From the human T2T-CHM13v2.0 reference genome, Homo sapiens, in NCBI RefSeq assembly GCF_009914755.1, contig NC_060928.1: a stretch of DNA of 64,000 nt; one strand, given 5' to 3'. This document shows positions 51,989-64,000 of the stretch, piece by piece. Numbering within the stretch: the stretch's first letter is position 1; every line of letters starts with the position of its first letter. Made by a program: the position numbers and the translations under genes. The notes under the pieces were generated by a model. The model made no database searches and was not told where the DNA came from. It was given only the letters and a program-made list of their open reading frames with translations.

Positions 51989-54290
51989 TGTATTAGTCCT
52001 TTTTCATGCTGCCGATAAAGACATACTAGAGTCTGGGAAATTTACAAAAGAAAGAGGTTTAATGGACTCACAGTTCCACGTGGCTGGGGAGGTCTCACAA
52101 TCATGGCTAAAGGTGAAAGGCAAGACTCACATGGCAGCAGACAAGAGAAGAGAATGAGAACCAAATGAAAGGGGTTTCCCTTTAAACCATCAGATCTCAT
52201 GAGACTTATTCACTACCACAAGAATAGTATGGGGGAAACTGCCCCTATGATTCAATTACCTCCCACTGGGTCCCTCTCACAATACAAGGGAATAGTGAGA
52301 GCTACAATTCAAGATGAGATGTGGGTGGGGACACAGCCGAACCATATCATTCTGTCCCTGGCCCCTCCCAAATCTCATGTCCTCACATTTCAAAACCAAT
52401 CATGCCTTCCCAACAGTATCCCAAAGTCTTAACTCATTTCAGCATTAACCCAAAAGTCCACAGTCCAATGTCTCATCTGAGACAAAGGAAATCCCTTCTG
52501 CCTATAAGCCTGCAAAATCAAAGCAAGTTAGTTACTGCCTAGATACAATGGGGGTACAGGCATTGGGTAAATACAGCTGTTCTAAATGGGAAAAATTGGC
52601 CAAAGCAAAAGGGCTACAGGACCAATGCAAGTCCAAAATCCAGCAGGGTAGTCAAATCTTAAAGCTCCAAAAATGATCTCCTTTAACTTCATGTCTCACA
52701 TCCAGGTCACCCTGATGCAAGAGGTGGTTTCCCATGGTCTTGGGCAGCTCCTCCCCTGTGGTTTTGCAGAGTATAGCCTCCCTCCCAGCTGCTTTCATGG
52801 GCTGGTGTTGAGTGTCTGTGGCTTTTCCAGGTGCATGACGCAAGCTGTCAGTGGATATACCATTCTGGGGTTTGGAGGATGGTGGCCCTCTTCTCACAGC
52901 TACCCTAAGCAGCTCCCCAGTGGAGGCTCTGTGTGGGAGCACCCCACCCCACATATCCCTTCCACACTGCCCTAGTAGAGATTCTCCATGAGTGCCCCAC
53001 TCCTGCAGAAAACTTCTTGGACATCCAGGTGTTTCATACGTCCTCTGAAATCTAGGTGGAAGTTCTCAAACCTCAGTTCTTGACTTCTGTGCACTTGCAG
53101 GCTCAACACCCCATGAAAGCTGCCAAGGCTTGGGGCTTGCACCCTCTGAAGCCACAGCCCAAGCTGTATGTTGGCCCCTTTTAGTTACAGCTGGAGGAGC
53201 TGGGATGCAAAGCACCAAGTCCCTAGACTGCACACAGAAGAGGGACCCTGGGCTCAGCCCATGAAGCCATTTTTTCCTCCTAGGCCTCCAGGCCTGAGAT
53301 GGGAGGGCTTCCACAAAGGTCTCTGTCATGCCCTGGAGATATTTTCCCCATTGTCTTGCTGATTAACATTTGGCTCTTCGTTACTTATGCAAATTTCTGC
53401 AGCCAGCTTGAATTTCTCCTCGGAAAATGGAATTTACTTTTTTATTATTTTGTCAGGCTGCAAATTTTCTGAACTTTTATGTTCTGCTTCCCTTTTAAAA
53501 CTGAATGCCTTTAACAGAACCCAAGTCACTTCTTGAATGCTTTGCTGCTTAGAAATTTCTTCCATTAGATACCCTAAATCATCTCTCTCAAGTTCAAAGT
53601 TCCACAGATCTCTAGGGCAGGGGCAAAATGCCACCAGTCTCTTTGCTAAAACATAACAAGAGTCACCTTTGCTCCAGTTCCCAACAAGTTCCTCATCTCC
53701 ATCTGAGGCTACCTCAACCTGAATTTCATTGTCCATATCATCAGCATTTTGGTTAAAGCCATTTGACAAGTCTCTAAGGAGTTCCAAACTTTCCCACATT
53801 TTTCTGTCTTCTCCTGAGCCCTCCAAACTGTTCCTACCTCTGCCTGTTGCCCAGTTCCAAAGTCACTTCCACATTTTTGGGTATCTTTTCAACAGTGCCC
53901 CACTCTACTGGTACCAATTTACTGTATTAGTCTATTTTCATGCTGCTGACAAAGACTTATCAGAGACTGGGCAATTTACAGAAAGAAAAAGATGCTTAGT
54001 GCACTCACAGTTCCACGTGGCTGGGGAGGCCTCACAATCATGGCAGAAGGTGAATGGCACATCTCACATGGCGGCAGAAAAGATAAGAGAATGAGAACCA
54101 AGGAAAAGAGTTTTTCCCTTATAAAACAATCAAATTTCATGAGACTTATTCACTACCACAAGAACAGTATGAAGGAAACTGCCCTCCTGAGTAAATTATC
54201 TCCCACTGGGTCCCTCCCACAACATGAGGGAATCATGGTAGCTGTAATTCAAGATGAGATGTGGGTGGGAACACAGACAAACCATATGTA
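51989..54290 (-). mobile_element. Two-LTR THE1B-like MaLR (3' LTR 51989-52349, internal region, 5' LTR 53923-54290)
   Basis: Two LTRs, THE1-int, and a perfect TSD GGCTG at 51984-51988 and 54291-54295. Confidence 0.95.
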
Positions 54291-54579
54291 GGCTGGGTCC
54301 TGTATCTTTAGCCTGTATCTTCTGGTGTAGAACTATAAAAAGTATGAAATTTCTAAGTTGGACTCTGACCTTCTAAGTCATGTTGAAGGTATGCTTGTCA
54401 AGAATATGATAGAATATATTTCATTTACAAGTTTATCACCTTGATTTTTTGCTTTTAAAGATTTAGACTTACCACGTATGTGCTTCCATTTGTATTCTTG
54501 CTATGAGTTCCACGAATGTTAGTCATGTCCTATGAGTAGGGAGAAGATGGCCCTGCCACTGTAACATGCATATTCCCGT

Positions 54580-54972
54580 TGTCTTAGTCCATTTTGTGCT
54601 ACTATAACAGAATACCAGACTGTGTAGTTTATGAACAAAAGAAGTTTATTTGGCTTATGATTCTGGAGACTGGGAATTCCAAGATCCAGGGGCCACCTCT
54701 GATGAGGGTTTTCTCATTGTATCCTCCCATAGCAGAAGGTGGAAGGGCAAGTGAGCACATGAGACAGAGAAAGGATGGAGATGAACTTCATCCTTTTATC
54801 AGGGACCCACTCCTACGATAGCTAACCCATTCCCACAATAATGGCATCAAACCATTAACAAAGGCAGAGCCCTCATGACCTAATTACCTTTTAAGTGCCT
54901 TATCTTTTAATAGCATCACAATGGCTATTAAATTTCAACATGAGTTTTGAAAGGGGGATTCAACCCATACCA
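54580..54972 (-). mobile_element. MSTC/D-like solo LTR
   Basis: TGTCTTAGTCCATTTTGTGCT...AAATTTCAACATGAGTTTTG. Confidence 0.85.
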
Positions 54973-55072
54973 CCAGTTAACTATGAGGTTTCTGCACCCT
55001 AATCAAAGCAGTCATCCACTAGATTTTAAGCCCCAAAGGGCAAATATCATATATGTTTTATTCAATACTATA

Positions 55073-55395
55073 TGTAAGGGTTGGCAAAATAAAACCCACA
55101 AACCAAATTCAGCTGTCTGCCCATTTTTGTGTGACCGATGAGATATGAAAGGTTTTTAAATGATCAAGAAAAAAATCAAAGAATACTATATGGCAACTGA
55201 AAATTACATGAACTTAAAATTTCAATGTTCATAAATACATTTTATAAGCCACAGTTATTTGTTACATGTTATCTATGGCTGCTATCACACTACAATGGCA
55301 GAGTTTAACAATTGTGGAGGCCACAATTGTTATGGTCCACAGAGCCTAAATTATTTGCTCTTTGTCTGAGCATAAAAATTTTTGCAGACTTCAGC
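55073..55395. mobile_element. MER58B-like DNA transposon within an L2 3' end (~55000-55480)
   Basis: GGGTTGGCAAA...TATCTATGGCTGCT...TTTGCAGAC; similar to 13706-14035. Confidence 0.75.
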
Positions 55396-55911
55396 TATAT
55401 ACCCAGTGTCTTCTAAAATATGTAGGATAAAATAAGTGTTCGATAAATATTTGTTAAATAAATGAATAAAAGAATAAATAAATGTCTTCTAGTAATAATT
55501 AATTTGCTTGATGTCATAGGTGAGAACTATAGCCCCGTCTCGGAGGACAGGGCTACAATATGTCATAGAATAAAATTAAATATCATAACCACATGTTATA
55601 AGCAACACTACATATTGAAACAGAAATCTGATCAAAAAAGTTGTTTGGGATACTTGAAATTACAGGCAGTGTCTACAAGGTGCCTCCCAGAGTAGCAAAA
55701 CCTTGATGAATTTAGCCAGTTCTGGGGTTTTTAAGAAGGTTGCAAGGTTCAGACTTCATTGGTCCTAAAAGAAGGTAGAGGAATCCATCTCTCAAGGATA
55801 GAACTCAGAAAACTTATGTAGGAAGTCAGAATGCTAATTTTTGAGTTTACATTAGAAAATACAACCGTTTTTCCCACCAGAACACTGTTGCCTTTTGCCT
55901 CTATTGGAAGA

Positions 55912-56414
55912 CTATTAGAGTTTTCCAGAGAAAAGCAGCATGATAAATTGTGTGTGTGTGTGTGTGTGTGTGTGTAGACACACATGCGTATGCACATGGA
56001 ATTGGCTCACAGAGTTATGGAAGACAAGAAGTTCCAAGATCTCCCATCTATAAGTTGTTGACCAAGGAAACCCATTGGTGCAGTTCAGGTTCAAGTCAAA
56101 ACCTGAGAACCAGCAAAGCCAATGGTGCAAATTTCAGTCTGAGGGCCAAAGGACATAAAATGAGATGGCCCCACTCAGGAACACAGGCAGGAAGCAAAAA
56201 GGGATGCATTCCTCTTTCCTCTGCCTTTAATTCTATTCAGATCCTTGACTGATTAGTTGATACTAACTCATATTAGGAAGGAAAATCTACTTAATTGGGT
56301 CCACAGATATAATGCTAATCTCTTCTAAAACACCCTCACAGACATACCCAGAAATAATGTTTAATGTGGGCATCTTGTGGCCAGTCAAATTGACACATAA
56401 AATCAAGCATCACA
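55912..56414 (-). mobile_element. MLT2 (ERVL) LTR with (TG)n
   Basis: GGAATTGGCTCAC...CACCCTCACAGACATACCCAGAAATAATGT...TTGACACATAAAAT. Confidence 0.88.
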
Positions 56415-57339
56415 AACACCTACCTGGAAGAAAAAACATGTAATTAAATGTGATTTAGAGTGCACAAAATCTAAGCAAAATATTATCTAATTCAGTGGAT
56501 TCATGGCATAAAACTGGATTGCCTGTTGTATTTGTTTTCACAAGACTTAATCATTATTGTATGTGACCCACATCTCCTTTTCCCCTGATCAATGCTTAGA
56601 TGGGAATTACCAGCCCTTAGTGATACCTCCTTGTCTATACTTCTGTGCCTGACCTACTTTCCTTTATGAGTGACATATTCTTTTGTTAGTTATATCTACT
56701 CATTCCATCCTCCAGTTAATTCTAGGAGGACTGGGAGTCATTTTGACTTGGTTGACTTTGCTGGTCTCTGCTATGATTTATAATGTATGTATTGATTTTA
56801 TAGTTTAATACAAGATAGAAAATATTATTTTCCAAGCTCCAGCAGAGGAGCAAGACAAATAGAAAACTCACTATACCACCTCCTATACTGCCAAATATAG
56901 ATGTAACACGTACACAAACACACAAACACAGAGTCTGCATATAAGTATATATATACACACATATGAGACATCTACCACATGTATGAACATAGAACAGAAG
57001 CCTGCTAATTTTTAATCATTCTGGATATAATCTAGAAGAATATTTTGTTTCATTTGGCAATAAGGCTCTCAAACAGTTAATACTGGATTTATATAAAGTT
57101 ACAACAAACAACTTTCAAAAGGGAAAAACATTACAGCTAGCATAGGTGGTATGTTAATAATTATAAGAAGCCATAAATGCTTCTATAAATAGCAAATTGC
57201 ACTTAGAACACTAAATGATGATGAAATCATTGCAGGAGAAACCAAAGCATCTAAGCAATTATTAAACTGCAGTGATGAGCTAAGAGTATCTTCATATTTA
57301 AAAGTAGCTAACATGAAAATTAATTTTAAGTAACTTTAG

Positions 57340-57820
57340 TTAAAATTTTCTAGTGCTTTCTATATGCCATGAATTTGGTATGTATTCCCTTTCAATTAAT
57401 TCTCACAGTTCTAAGAAACAAATATCATTATTTTCTTTATTTTTGATAGTAAGAAAACCGAGGCGGTATTGTGACATAACCCTCAAGTGCCTTAAGACAG
57501 TTTGAATTAGGACTCTACCACTTACTGATAGTGTCAGCTTGAGCAAGTTACTTGTCTTCTCTGTACTCCAAGTTTCTCATTAGTGAATGAGATAATTCTT
57601 GTAACTGCCTCAGAGTATGGTCATTAATAATAAAATTAGATGAAATAATTTTTTAAGTTTATAAATAATACTTGGCAGATAATAAGTGCTCAGCAGATAC
57701 TCTACATTATTAGAATAGTTGACATTTTTGAGGTTACCTTACAAAACCAGCATGTTTCAGGAACAGGACTACAACCTGAGTTCGTTTTATTCAAACACCC
57801 ACACTCTCAATCTCTACACT
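57340..57820. mobile_element. MIR cluster (plus-strand MIR ~57470-57710 between minus-strand MIR pieces)
   Basis: GAAAACCGAGGC on the minus-strand core and TTGAGCAAGTTACTT on the plus-strand core. Confidence 0.6.
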
Positions 57821-58457
57821 TGAAGGTACTGTTTACTCAAGAACTAGTGAGGTTATACTAAATTATGTATAAGACCCCTAAAAGTCTTTTATTCTTCTTC
57901 AAAGATCTTAAGGTTGTTTTACATTTTTCCCACCCCAAGAAAAGTAACTTATTGACCATTTCCATGTCTTTTTTGAAGAAATGTCTAATCAACCCTTTGC
58001 TCGTATTTTAATTCAGTCATCTTTTTATTACTAGGTTGTAAGAGAATTTTATATATTCCGGAGACCAGTCCCTTATCAGACATATAATTTGCAAATATTT
58101 TCTCCTATTCATGGGTTGTACTTTCACTTTCTTTAAGGTATCATTTGCAGCACAAAAGTTTTTCATTCTGAAGCAGTCCCAACATACCTATTTTCTTTTG
58201 TCACTTGTACTTTTAGTGTATCTCATAATGATTGCTTAACCCAAGGTCAAGAAGATTTACTCATATGATTTTTATAGTTTTGGCTGTAATATTTAGGTTT
58301 AAGATTCATTTTGAGTTAATTTTTTGCATGGTGTGAGGTCTGTGTCCAAATTAATTCTTTTGTATGTGTGTATTTCATTGTCCCAGCACCATGCTTTGGA
58401 GTCTATTCTTTCTCCCCATTTAATTGTGTTGACACCCTTTTCAAAAATCAATTGACT

Positions 58458-58788
<331 letters not shown>

Positions 58789-59749
58789 TCATTGATTTCT
58801 AAACTCTAGATTCCATTCCATTAAACCATATGTTTATTCTTATGACAGCAACACGCTGTCTTGATGACTGTTTCTCTGTAAAATCTTTTGAAATTGGGAA
58901 GTATAAACCCTCCAACCTCATGCTTTTTAAAGATTGTTTTAGATATTCTGGGTCCTTTGCAGTGAATTTTAGGATCAGCTTGTCAATTTCTGCAACAACA
59001 ACAACAACAACAACAAAAAGCCAGCTGGCATTTTGATAAAGATTGTATTGAAGCTGCAGCTCAATTTTGACGGTACTGCCATCCTAATAATCTTAACTCT
59101 TCTGGTCCAAGAACATGAAATATCTTTCCATTTATTTCTCTTTGTCAATCTCTTTCAAAAATATTTTATAGCTTTTGTGTACAAGCCTTGTATATCTTTT
59201 GTTAAATTTATACCTAAATATTGTATTCTTTGTAACTGTTATTGTAAATGGACTTGTCTTCTTAATTTCATTTTTGGAATGCACATTGCTAGTGTATAAA
59301 AATACAACTGATTTTTATATATTGATCTTGTATCCTGCAACCTTTCAAAACTTGATAATTAATTCTAATAGTTTTTTAGTAAGCCCCTTAGGATTTTCTC
59401 TATTCAAGATTATGTTATCTGCAAACAGAGATAGTTTTACTTCTTCATTTTCAATTTAGATGCTTTTAATTTTATTTTTCTGCCTAATTGTCCTGGCTAG
59501 AACCTTCAGTACACGGTTGAATGAAAGTGTCAATAGAAGACATTCTTGTCTTGTTCTTGATCTTAGGGGTAAAGTTTTAAATCTTTAACCATTATGTATG
59601 ATATTAACTGTCAGTTTTTCATAAATGTCCGTTGTCTATTTGGAAAATTCCCTTTTCTCTTTTTTCAGTGTTTTTATAATGAAAGAATGTTAAAATTTGC
59701 TTTTCCTTCATCTACTGATAATCACACAGTTTTTGTCCTTTATTCAACT

Positions 59750-60788
59750 TGTGATACTGTGAGTTTTTAATAAGAAATGAGCCGGGCAAGGTGGTGCATG
59801 TCTGTAGTTCCAACCACTCGGAGGCTGAGGTAGGAGGATCCCTTGAGCCCAGTAGTTCTAATCCAGCCTGGTAAATATAGTGAGAAACTACCTCCAAAAA
59901 GCCTTTTTTGATCAAATCAATAAATTGAATTAAATATATATTTGGTCTTCATCCAGTTTCTCTGCACACAGCTTCCAAACCCTTGGAATCTCCAAGTTAA
60001 CGAGTATCTTTATGTACGCTAATGAGATGACTAACTGGGGCTCCTGGATAGACTCAGGATAAGCCAGAGGAGACCAATCTTGTTATTAGAGCATTAGAAC
60101 TTTCAGCCTCACCCACTGACCTCTGGGAAGGGAAGAGGAGTTGAAAATTGAGTTGATCACCAATAACAAATTCTTTAATAAATCATGCCTACATAATGAA
60201 GCCTTAATAAAAAACAAAAAAGACAGGGTTCAGAGAGGTTCCAAGTTGCTGACCATGTGGAGGTACTAGTAGGGTGGTGCATCCAGAGGAAGCATGGAAG
60301 CCCCACATCCTTTCCCCCATTCCTTGCCCTGTGCATCTTTTCTATCTTACTATTCATCTGTAACCTTTGTAATATCCTTTACGATGGGATAGCTACTAGT
60401 AAACATAGTTTCCCTGAGTTCTGTGAGCCCTCCTAGCAAATTATCAGACCTGAGGAGGAGTGCAGGAGCTTGTGGGAACCCCAATTATATATACAGCTGG
60501 TTGGTCAAAAGCACAGGTCACAACCTGGGACTTGCAATTGGTGTCTGAAGAGGAGGCAGCCTTGTGGGACTGAGTTCTCAACCTATGGGATCTCATGCTA
60601 TCTCTGGGAAAATAGTATCAGAATTTAAATGAACTTTAGGATACCTACCTGCTGTCTGCAGAATTATTTGGTATAGGGAAAAAGAAAACATACATCTGAT
60701 CACAGAAGTATCAATAATATAGTAGGAAAATAAACAGTTATAATAGGAAAACTATATCAATAGTATATGTAGTTTTCTTACTGTACAC
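59750..60788 (+). mobile_element. MER21B-like LTR with a FLAM monomer at ~59780-59900
   Basis: TGTGATACTGTG...ATATATTTGGTCTTC...CCCTTGGAATCTCC and TTTCCCTGAGTTCTGTGAGCC. Confidence 0.8.
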
Positions 60789-61406
60789 TCATGGTATACT
60801 TTCATTAATTAATTTTTGAATGTTAAAGCAACCTTGTATTGCTCAGATAAATCATACTTGGTCAGGTATATAATCCTTTTTATATTCGACGCATTAGGTT
60901 TGCTACTATTTTATCGTGGATTTTGTGTTAACATTCATTGGAGAATTTGGTGTGTACATTTGTTTAGATGTCATTGTCTGGATATCAACATAATAGTGTC
61001 CTCGTAGAATTAATTGGGAAGGGCTTCCTATGTTTTAGAATGAAATGGGATTTTTTTCTGTTTTTTGAAAGAGTTTGTGAAGAATTGGTATCCACTCTTC
61101 TTTAGTAGAATTTGCCAGTGAACCCATCTGAACTAATATATCTTTCTGCTATATTGACCCTTTTATCATTAGAAAATAACTTTATTTTATCTCTAGTAAC
61201 TCAATTTGTCTTAAAGTTTATTTTGTTGATATTAGTATAGTCCTGCTCTTTTATGGGTGTTGTTTGAATCATATATCTTTTTCCATTTTTTTTCTTTCAG
61301 CTGTACTTTTTAAGCAAAAGTGCATCTTCTGTAAACAGCACATAGTTGGATCTTGTTCTTTGTCCAATCAGACAATTTCTGCCTTTTGATTAGATTGCTT
61401 AATTCA

Positions 61407-61556
61407 GCCAGGCACAGTGGCTCATGTCTGTAATCCCAGCACCTTGGGAGTCTGAGGCGGGAGGATCACTTTAGGCCAGGAGTTCAAGACTAGCCTAGGA
61501 AACATAGCAAAACCCCATCTCTACAAAAAAAGAAAATAACTTTAAAAAGAAAAAAA
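61407..61556 (+). mobile_element. FLAM_C Alu monomer
   Basis: TSD AGATTG(C/T)TTAATTCA at 61392-61406 and 61557-61571. Confidence 0.9.
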
Positions 61557-62356
61557 AGATTGTTTAATTCATTTACATGTAATGTTGTTATTGATAACAC
61601 TGTTACATGTTATCACTAATAATAATGTTATTATTGATATAGTTGGAGTTACACCTGCCATCTTGCTTTTTGTTTTCTACACATTTCGTATCCTTTTCCC
61701 TCTATTTTTCTTTTATTGACTTGTTTCATAGTAAGTGAATATCTTCTATTAGTATCATTTTGATTTTTTTTGTTTTTTTTTGTTATTTTCTTAGTGATTA
61801 ATTTACAGTTTACAATATATATCTTAACTTTTTACAATCTACTTAAGACTTAAACTAACACAGTTCAAGGAAATATAAAAATATTACTGCTACATAGTTC
61901 CATTCCCTGTCCTGCTTTGTTTGTGCTATTATTGTTACCTATGTTTTGTCTATAAATGTTGCAAACCAAACAATACTTTGTTGTCATTATTACTTTTTAT
62001 AATCTTATATCTTTTAAAGAGGCTGAGAAAAGAAAAGAGAGCAAATATGTATTTGTAGAATTTGCTGTATTAATCTGATTTACCCTTTTTGGTTCTCTAC
62101 ATCTCTTCCTGTGAATTTGAATTACCATCTGGTATCACTTGCTTATTCACAGCTTTGTCCCCACCCATTTTCTTTGTTCTAGTATTGTCAAAAATAGTAT
62201 TTTTGTACTTTATAGGCCCAACAATATAAGGAAATATGCAGCTATAGTGTCTTTCATAATCACCTACGTTTTGTCTTTATCTTTGGCTTTCAGTATTTTG
62301 AGTATAGTATGTCTGAGTGTAGATCACTTTGTATATATCTTCTTGGCATTTGTTGA

Positions 62357-62723
<367 letters not shown>

Positions 62724-63608
62724 TAAATTATTATTTCTTTTGTCCCTTTTTTCTCTCTTCACCTGTGGTACTCCTGTTGCTCATATTTTGTGCACTTAAT
62801 GGTGCTCCACATTTCTCTGAGGATTTGTTGATTCTTCATTCTTTTTTGTCCTATTTTTCAGATTGTAGAATCTCTATCTATTTTCAAGTTTGCTGATACT
62901 TTATTCTGCAAATTGAAATTGACTGTTGGATGCCTCTAGCGAATTTTTATTTCAATTATTATACTTTTCAACTCCAGAATTTTCATTTGTTTCTTTTTTA
63001 TAATTTCTATTTCTTTATTTTGTCTCCTGTATTTGATGAGACTTTGTCATTGTATCCTTCTTTAATTCTTTAAGTATGCTTTTCTTTGGTTTTCTGAACA
63101 TATTTATAATAGCTGCTTTGACATCTTTGTCTGCTAAATCCACCATCTGTGCCTCTTCAAAGGCAGTTCCTATTACCTGCTTTTTTATTTCTTTTGTATA
63201 GCTCATATGTTTCTGTTTGCATATCTTATAATTTTTTTGTTAAAAACTGGAAATTTTAGAAAACATATTATAGCAACTCTAGTTACCAAATGATGCTTGA
63301 ACTAATTATGCGAAGTCTATTTCCCCTACAGTGTGCAGCCACTGATGTCCCTAGTCAGTTTTTCTCTTTTTTGACTGACAACCTATAGGTCACCTCTCGA
63401 TTGACATAAGCCGCTTATTGGTCAAAAGTTCTGCTTAAGCCTACCTACTCGGTTAGATTTTCATTCTTTACCATTTGATGTGTATGTGGCCTAATGGCTT
63501 CTATCACAGTTCAAGGAGTTTATATTTTTGGCCTCCACATTCGGCCAAGGACTAATAGCTGAGAAGCTCCCTGTTTAGTGACTCCTGAGAGGATAAAGTC
63601 TTGGGCAT

Positions 63609-64000
63609 TGTATTAATCAGGGTTTTGCAGAGAAACAGAACTAATAAAATATATGTATATGTAGAAATATTTATTTTAAGGAATAGGCTTACATGTTGGT
63701 TGGTCTGGCAAGTCTGAAATCTACAAAGGAGGCTGGAGTCCCAGGGAAAAGTTGACATTGTTGCTTGAGTCTGAAGGCAATTTAGAGGCAGAATTCTCTT
63801 TTCCTGTGTTGAACCTCAGTCTTTTCTCTGTTAAGGCCTTCAACTGATTCAATGAAGTCCACCCACATCATGAAGCTTAATCTGCTTTACTCGAAGTCTA
63901 CTGATGTAAATGTAAATCTCATCTAAAAACTACCTTCATGGCAACATTTAGATCAGTGTTTGATAAACATCTGGGGACTGTGGCCTACCCAAGTTGGTAC
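63609..64000 (-). mobile_element. MLT2D-like LTR (runs off the right edge)
   Basis: TGTATTAATCAGGGTTTTGCAGAGAAACAGAAC...TAAGGCCTTCAACTGATT. Confidence 0.85.

Overview
Primate (human-like) non-coding genomic DNA, either intergenic or deep intronic. Well over half of it is interspersed repeats, and I find no supportable protein-coding exon, RNA gene or CRISPR array. The window opens in the 5' end of a minus-strand L1PA element (5'UTR, dead ORF1, start of ORF2). It then contains a HERV-W (LTR17) solo LTR, three THE1-type MaLR elements, a ~7 kb two-LTR ERV1 (MER4-group) provirus with a tRNA-Ser PBS, further MER4-group LTRs, and many Alu, MIR, L2, MLT and DNA-transposon remnants. It ends in an old, fragmented L1M. 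Nearly all ORFs in the supplied track are repeat-derived. The most notable unexplained structures are: (i) a flip in LTR orientation around 32-33.5 kb; (ii) a repeat-poor block at 26.4-30 kb with a strong CTCF motif, enhancer-like motif clusters and minus-strand splice signals; (iii) a diverged ~140-bp direct repeat carrying an octamer; (iv) an 18-unit GGAA microsatellite. Subfamily names come from recalled consensus sequences, boundaries of old elements are approximate, and all need RepeatMasker/Dfam confirmation. I cannot claim a new biological system from this sequence alone.
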